64,000 nucleotides of DNA, from contig JAZDDX010000010.1 in the NCBI GenBank assembly GCA_043809315.1, positions 1-64,000 of the forward strand, read 5' to 3'. How positions within the stretch are numbered: position 1 is the stretch's first letter; each line of letters begins with the position of its first letter. Positions 58,808-64,000 of the stretch are shown piece by piece. A model generated the notes under the pieces. It worked only from the letters and a program-made list of their open reading frames with translations, made no database searches and was not told where the DNA came from. A program made the translations under genes and the position numbers. This DNA comes from Pseudomonadota bacterium (lineage in GTDB: Bacteria; Bdellovibrionota_G; JALEGL01; DATDPG01).

Positions 58808-59776
58808 TCACCCCTCGGCCCGCAGTTCAGCCAGCGCAAATTCCAACTCGTTTGGTAGATTACTATCAAATGATTTAAACGAGTTGTTTGGCAATACCTC
58901 GAGTTCTAGTTTATGGGCATGGAGGAAGTGCCGGTCGAGACGGATCCGGTCGATCTGTCGTTCCTTGGGCGTTTGATAAAGCCGGTCCCCTGCCAACGGG
59001 TGCCCAATCGAACTCAAGTGGACCCGGACCTGGTGCATTCGGCCGGTCTTCGTTCGTACCCGGAGAAGCGTGTACCCGATGAACCTCTCGACCGGCTCAT
59101 AGGCCGTCCCGGCTTCGCGAACTTTCGATCGGTGGGGGATCTTCCCCGTCCCTTCCGGCGGGACGGCCACCATCTTCCTCGGGTTCGTCGCATGGTGCGC
59201 AAGCGGCGTTACGACCTCCCCTTTCGCTGAGACTTCCCCCAGAACGAGCGCCAGGTAGGTCTTCTTGACCTTCCTCTCGTCGAACTGCTGCCGCAGATGA
59301 CGAAACGCCTCCTGCGTCCGGGCCACGGCCAAGAGCCCCGACGTGTCGGTGTCAAGGCGGTGGACGATACCGGGCCGGAGCGGATCCTCCCCGACTTCGA
59401 CCAATCCCGGAAAACGACCGACCAGAGCGTTTGCGAGCGTTTCCTTGTCTGTGAAATCGTTCGGATGCGTCGGCAGCCCCGCCGGCTTGTCGACGACGAG
59501 CATCTGGGGCGACTGCCAGACGATCGTTACCGGAATGTCCGGGTTCGGATCGATCCGGCGTTCCTCGGGGCGCTGGAACGGCTCCACCTCCACGCGGTCC
59601 CCCCTTCCCAGGGTGACCCCTTTCCGGCATTTCTTCCCGTTGACGGTCACGATCCCCAGCGCGATCAGCTCGGCAACGTAGGCCCGGGAGAGTCCTCTCA
59701 AACGATCGACCAGGAAGCGATCCAGGCGGATCGGTGACGTGTCGTCGTAAACGAGAATCTCGCGCTCCGTCGGCAT
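58808..59776 (-). CDS. RluA-family pseudouridine synthase with S4 domain (RluD-like)
   Basis: RLDRFL, VDKPAG, IVHRLDTDTSG, TGRMHQVRVH. Confidence 0.93.
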   Translation of the reverse strand: MPTEREILVYDDTSPIRLDRFLVDRLRGLSRAYVAELIALGIVTVNGKKCRKGVTLGRGDRVEVEPFQRPEERRIDPNPDIPVTIVWQSPQMLVVDKPAGLPTHPNDFTDKETLANALVGRFPGLVEVGEDPLRPGIVHRLDTDTSGLLAVARTQEAFRHLRQQFDERKVKKTYLALVLGEVSAKGEVVTPLAHHATNPRKMVAVPPEGTGKIPHRSKVREAGTAYEPVERFIGYTLLRVRTKTGRMHQVRVHLSSIGHPLAGDRLYQTPKERQIDRIRLDRHFLHAHKLELEVLPNNSFKSFDSNLPNELEFALAELRAEG

Positions 59777-59811
59777 CTCCTTTACACTAAGCGAATTCGG
59801 GGAGGTTTTCG

Positions 59812-60576
59812 ATGACGATTCGAAAGTTGGTTCTTTTGCTTGTGCTGCTCGCGCCGGTCGCGAGGACGTTGGCCGATCCTCCGGTGACGGGGACCGCCAC
59901 ACCCGTCGCGTCTCCCACCGTGGCACCGATCGTCGAGACGACTCCGATTCCCTCGCCAGCGGACGCAGCCGCGGCGACCCCGGCCCCCTCTCCGGAAACG
60001 ACCGTAACCGCGACCCCCGTCCCGACAGCGACCGAGTCGCAGGTCGAGATCCAGGCGACCCCAGAGCCCGCCGAAAGAACCGAGCATGCTTCCCAGGAGA
60101 CTGGCCACGTTGTGACCCCCGCAGATTTTCGCGAGATCTCCCTCTCGCTGCGCCCGGGATATGTCCGCGTTCAGACCGGCCCGGCCGGGTGGAGCGACCA
60201 GTCGCTCGGGCTCACGACCGAGATTTCGATGTTCCTTCTCCCTCGTTTCGGCCTGAACGCCACGTATACCTATGTGCGATACGAGGCTCCGACCGCCGCC
60301 CACGAGCTCGGAGGGGGGCCGGTTTTTCGGTATCTCGAGACCGCCCATGTACGCGGATCGATCGGCGTTAACGCCCTGTGGGTAAACGTCCGCAACGGGA
60401 ATCATCTCGGATGGAACGCCCTCGTGGATCTCATGGTCGGCTCCCGGCGCGCCACGTACCGTCCCTTCTTCGGTCCCTTCTTCCGGTACGACGACACGCT
60501 CCTTCCTGGGAAGGATGTCCGAGGATACACGATCGGCGCCGGATTCACGCTGACCGGTCTGGCGGACTGGGAATAA
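59812..60576 (+). CDS. Secreted protein with Pro/Thr linker and beta-barrel-like C-terminus
   Basis: Signal peptide; TP-rich tract; amphipathic strands; GGAGG RBS. Confidence 0.65.
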   Translation: MTIRKLVLLLVLLAPVARTLADPPVTGTATPVASPTVAPIVETTPIPSPADAAAATPAPSPETTVTATPVPTATESQVEIQATPEPAERTEHASQETGHVVTPADFREISLSLRPGYVRVQTGPAGWSDQSLGLTTEISMFLLPRFGLNATYTYVRYEAPTAAHELGGGPVFRYLETAHVRGSIGVNALWVNVRNGNHLGWNALVDLMVGSRRATYRPFFGPFFRYDDTLLPGKDVRGYTIGAGFTLTGLADWE

Positions 60577-60621
60577 TCTCCGAACCGTTGACCGCTTCTC
60601 TCTCCGGGCGGTACCATATGA

Positions 60622-61878
60622 ATGTTGTCCCGCACGCCGTACCCACTCCTGGGAGTCGTTCTCGCCATTCTCATCGCCGTCTGGACCCTTCCGGGCGAAC
60701 GGGCGATCTCGCTCGAAGGGGCGGCCAAAGTCGAGTACCTGTTGCGGGCTCTCGAGACCGGCGGTGATTTTAAGGTTCGGATCGCGGCGGCCGACGGCCT
60801 AGGGAAGATCGCCGACGGCACCGTAGCCGACTGGATGGTTCGCGCTTTTCGCCAGGAGACGAACCCGGCGGTTCGTCTGGCGATCCTGTATGCCGTCGGC
60901 GCGATCCCGGATCACCGGATCCTCCCCCCTGTTCTCGAGGTGGCGAACGAGGAGGTTCTGAGCGACGTGGAGTTCCTTGCGATCGAACGGATCCTCTGGA
61001 ACTTCCGCGCGGCGTTCGCGGTCAACGAGTGGGAACGGACGGCAATCTATTCGACCGATCGGTCGGAGCGGGCGACCGCGGCCTGGCTCCTGGGAATCGC
61101 CGGAAGACCCTCGAGTCTCCACACCCTGCTTCTCGCGTTGACCGATCGCGAAGCGTACGTACGCCTCCGGGCGGTTCAGGGGATCACACGCCTCGGGATG
61201 AAAGAGGGACAGCCGGCCTGTGCCCGTGCCGCGCGAGCGGACCCGGACATCGTCGTCCGGCGCGAAGCCGCGAACTGCATCACGATGATCGGGCTGATGA
61301 ATACGGGCCGACTTCCGGACGATCGGAACCACCGAGTCAATCTGAAATCCGACTTGAGCGGGCTCGAAACCGCCGCCGTAACTCCCGAAACGTTCCGGAG
61401 TTACCTCAAGAAGAACGTGAACCCGCGCGCCGTGGACGTCGCCGCGGCCGCGCTCCGGCCGAACCAGGTGGAGGAACGGAAGGATCGGACGATTCCGCTC
61501 GTGACCGACGAGAGGATCCGCGACACGTTCAAGCTCGACGCAAGCGTCATCACGGCCTACCTCTTCCGAACCTCCGAGCTGAACCGGCTCCGTGAAACGG
61601 TCCGAGAACAGGCGGGATCGGTGAATCAATGCTATCTCCGGGGGCTTGCCAAGCACCCGCACCTCGGCGGGAGCGTCACCCTCCGGTTCCGGGTTCTCGC
61701 GACGGGGGTCGTTTCCGAGGTCGAGGTTCCGGCATCGACTCTTCCAGATGAGGAAGTCACCGCCTGCATTGCCGGGAAGGTGAAAGAGATCCGCTTCCCT
61801 TCCATTCCGCTCGCGTTCGTGACGATGAACTACACGTACACCTTCGCCCCGCCGAAGGACGAAAAGATCGAATTCTAA
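60622..61878 (+). CDS. HEAT-repeat protein with AgmX/PglI-type (TonB-C-like) C-terminal domain
   Basis: VRIAAADGLG and VRLRAV repeats; QCY..GL..HP.LGGSVTLRFRV..CI....IRFP. Confidence 0.8.
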   Translation: MLSRTPYPLLGVVLAILIAVWTLPGERAISLEGAAKVEYLLRALETGGDFKVRIAAADGLGKIADGTVADWMVRAFRQETNPAVRLAILYAVGAIPDHRILPPVLEVANEEVLSDVEFLAIERILWNFRAAFAVNEWERTAIYSTDRSERATAAWLLGIAGRPSSLHTLLLALTDREAYVRLRAVQGITRLGMKEGQPACARAARADPDIVVRREAANCITMIGLMNTGRLPDDRNHRVNLKSDLSGLETAAVTPETFRSYLKKNVNPRAVDVAAAALRPNQVEERKDRTIPLVTDERIRDTFKLDASVITAYLFRTSELNRLRETVREQAGSVNQCYLRGLAKHPHLGGSVTLRFRVLATGVVSEVEVPASTLPDEEVTACIAGKVKEIRFPSIPLAFVTMNYTYTFAPPKDEKIEF

Positions 61879-62435
61879 TCGCTGGTTTGAATCGTCGCTG
61901 AAAGGTCAGCACAGAGAGCTTTGCATTTCTCGAGCTTGGCGGGATCTCGGCTCGCGGTTTCGAGTGCCGCGCGGAGTTCGTCCACCTTGCTCTTTTGGGC
62001 CACTCCCCGTGCCGCAAGTTGCTCGATCAACGCACTCAACGAATCGAAGAACTCCCGGAATTCGTCGCGACTCCTCACCTTGTCGAGCGGCTTGAGCTTC
62101 CCCCCCTCCGCGATCTCCTCGAGATACTTCCGGACCCGGAACATCGGCCCGGCGATCCGGTGCGTGAGAAGAACTCCCAAGACCACGAGGCTCGCGATCT
62201 GAAGGATGAAAACCCCGATCAGGTACCAGAGGACGTGGTAGTCCTGCGCCTGCACCAGGCCGAGGGCATCCAGGTTCTGGATCTTGAGAATCTCCGTGCG
62301 GGCCAACTCCCCTTTGTAGAGCTGGTAGCCGAAGATGATGAACAGCAAGCTCGAAACCGCTACCACCATCCCCGTGTACTTCATCTGAAAGCGACGATCG
62401 ACCAGGTATTGTCGTTTCCGGATTTCGTCAGCCAT
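61875..62435 (-). CDS. Two-TM HAMP-like membrane protein
   Basis: RKRQYLVDRRFQMKY; THRIAGPMFRV..RSRDEF. Confidence 0.75.
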   Translation of the reverse strand: MADEIRKRQYLVDRRFQMKYTGMVVAVSSLLFIIFGYQLYKGELARTEILKIQNLDALGLVQAQDYHVLWYLIGVFILQIASLVVLGVLLTHRIAGPMFRVRKYLEEIAEGGKLKPLDKVRSRDEFREFFDSLSALIEQLAARGVAQKSKVDELRAALETASRDPAKLEKCKALCADLSATIQTSD

Positions 62436-63756
62436 CGGTCGTCTCCTTTCTGCGGGTTGTCTCTTTTCGTCCCGTACCGATCAGCGTGGGCCGGGAGAAA
62501 AACGAGTCGAGGATCTCGCGGGAAAGTTGTGCGGGTTTGACGCGCCAGATCCGATGGTGAACCAGAACCATGCCGATCGCGATGGAGCGGTTCGGCCCGG
62601 CGGCATACCCCACGAACCAGAGGTTCTTTCCCGGAGGGTTCTGGCCCGTCAGCGATCCGGTCTTCCCGCCGATATCGAGCCGACCTAGAACCCGGTCATT
62701 CTCCAGACGACGGAACCCGCGGTGCGCCGTCCCTCCGCGCGCGATCGTCTTGGCCATCATCAGGCGAAGTTCTCGCGCCGTCTCTTCGCTCATCGGGCGC
62801 GTCCAGACGGTGGAACCGGACCGATACACCTCCGTTCCCGCGTCGTCGGTCACCCGTTGCACGATGCGCGGGGTCACCATCCTGCCGCCGTTCACGACGG
62901 CCGATGCGATGAGCGCGCCATGGAGCGGGCTTAGGGTGGCGCCTCGAAAGCCCGCCGCCATCCGCGCCGAGTCGACGGCATCCTCGTCTTCATCCGTCTC
63001 CTCGGTGTCCGAGGAACCGGCCAGGCTCACGCCGATCGCAAGCTCGAACGGGATCCTCGCGTTGAACCCGAAGCGCCCGGCATATTCCAGGAGCGTTGCC
63101 CCCCCCACCCGGAGCCCGAGCTGCCCGAACACCTTGTTTTCCGATTTCGCGAACGCCTGTTCCACGGTCGCGACGTTGTTCCCGCCCGGTTTCGAAATGT
63201 CCGACGGGCGGATCGTCCCCTCATCCCGGCGCGAGCGGAGCCGGTAGGCGATGGACGACGTCCTTCCGACGAGATTCTGATCCAGCGCCGCCGTCGCGGT
63301 CACGATCTTGAAGATGGATGCGGCCGGAAACGTCGCACGCAACGCCAGGGGACCTGCCCCCGCCTCTTTCTCCGAATGGGATGCCAGGGCCAAGACCTCT
63401 CCGGTACCGGAATCGATCACCGCAACCCCGCCCCAATCGACCCGGTAGGCCCGGAGTTTCTTCTGAATGAACCGCTGGAGCTCCGTATCCAGAGAAAGCG
63501 TCGCCCTGAAACGCTTCAAACCGTGGTTCACCGTGACTTCGGTGACCGGCTGGGAAAGGATTTCCGGCGTCAAAGCGTTAAGGAGCTCGACCGAATCGAA
63601 CGGCAGCGCCGACGGGATCTCCGGATCCGGATTCGAGCGGTAAAGAGTCAAGAGAGCGGGGATCGAAACCGCCATGAGGAGGAGCCCGAGAAGCACCCCC
63701 CTCGGGATCCGAAACGGCCATGACTTCTTGCGCTGTTGATATTCTTTCCAGCTCAC
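62428..63756 (-). CDS. Penicillin-binding transpeptidase domain protein
   Basis: SIFK (SxxK), SEN (SxN) and KTG motifs; N-terminal TM; start inferred. Confidence 0.88.
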   Translation of the reverse strand: MSWKEYQQRKKSWPFRIPRGVLLGLLLMAVSIPALLTLYRSNPDPEIPSALPFDSVELLNALTPEILSQPVTEVTVNHGLKRFRATLSLDTELQRFIQKKLRAYRVDWGGVAVIDSGTGEVLALASHSEKEAGAGPLALRATFPAASIFKIVTATAALDQNLVGRTSSIAYRLRSRRDEGTIRPSDISKPGGNNVATVEQAFAKSENKVFGQLGLRVGGATLLEYAGRFGFNARIPFELAIGVSLAGSSDTEETDEDEDAVDSARMAAGFRGATLSPLHGALIASAVVNGGRMVTPRIVQRVTDDAGTEVYRSGSTVWTRPMSEETARELRLMMAKTIARGGTAHRGFRRLENDRVLGRLDIGGKTGSLTGQNPPGKNLWFVGYAAGPNRSIAIGMVLVHHRIWRVKPAQLSREILDSFFSRPTLIGTGRKETTRRKETTDG

Positions 63757-63805
63757 AGGCGGTGCTACTCTCGAGCGAAAGAGTAACACAACTGAAGGGA
63801 ATCCC

Positions 63806-64000
63806 CTAGCGAGCGGCCCGCGCAACCGCGCGAAATCTTTTCCAGATTAGGAAAACCGGAATCCCGGAGAGCAAGACGAGAGAACCGACCGCCGCCTGTG
63901 AAAAAGACCGGATGCAGATGTTCCCAAGCAAGGCCGCCGTACCTCCGGCGAACACGATCGAGGTGAACGGATGCCCCCAGGCGCGATATCGCTCCGGTGA
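63806..64000 (-). CDS. 3' end of an APC-family amino acid permease (truncated by the window)
   Basis: Hand translation: ..RYRAWGHPFTSIVF..LLSGIPVFLIWKR..*. Confidence 0.7.
   Translation of the reverse strand, partial: SPERYRAWGHPFTSIVFAGGTAALLGNICIRSFSQAAVGSLVLLSGIPVFLIWKRFRAVARAAR

Noticed and set aside
1-64000. CRISPR arrays, tRNA/rRNA, IS elements, integrases, prophage or known defence systems
   Set aside because: No regularly spaced repeats, cloverleaf patterns or transposase/integrase/phage motifs seen; the dCMP deaminase and CPBP genes lack defence-island context

Overview
GC-rich bacterial chromosomal window with about 62 genes and no rRNA, tRNA, CRISPR array or recognisable mobile element. 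Gene content (DUF4388/TPR proteins, AgmX-type C-terminal domain, stand-alone MshEN protein, FHA proteins, MltD-like paralogues) suggests a deltaproteobacterial, Bdellovibrionota/Myxococcota-like lineage; this is inference. Housekeeping blocks: nuoM-nuoN, CCA enzyme, trmB, nadC-nadB-ino1, lipA plus a 2-oxoacid dehydrogenase operon, ltaE, yajQ, fumC, HMG-CoA lyase, glpD-pfkB-gap'-gap, nfo, tdh, RluA-family synthase and a PBP. Best leads: (1) a full-length GAPDH paralogue that has lost its catalytic Cys and substrate-phosphate residues but keeps the NAD-binding motifs, translationally coupled to an intact gap; (2) an unannotated 25-aa Lys/Arg-rich peptide gene with its own near-consensus promoter, RBS and terminator; (3) an ino1 / methyltransferase-Trm112 fusion / GT-C glycosyltransferase cluster; (4) an FHA / TPR / cNMP-FHA / GAF-GGDEF signalling island; (5) four sigma54-like promoters, each in front of an orphan gene. 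All calls come from reading motifs by eye; no searches were run.
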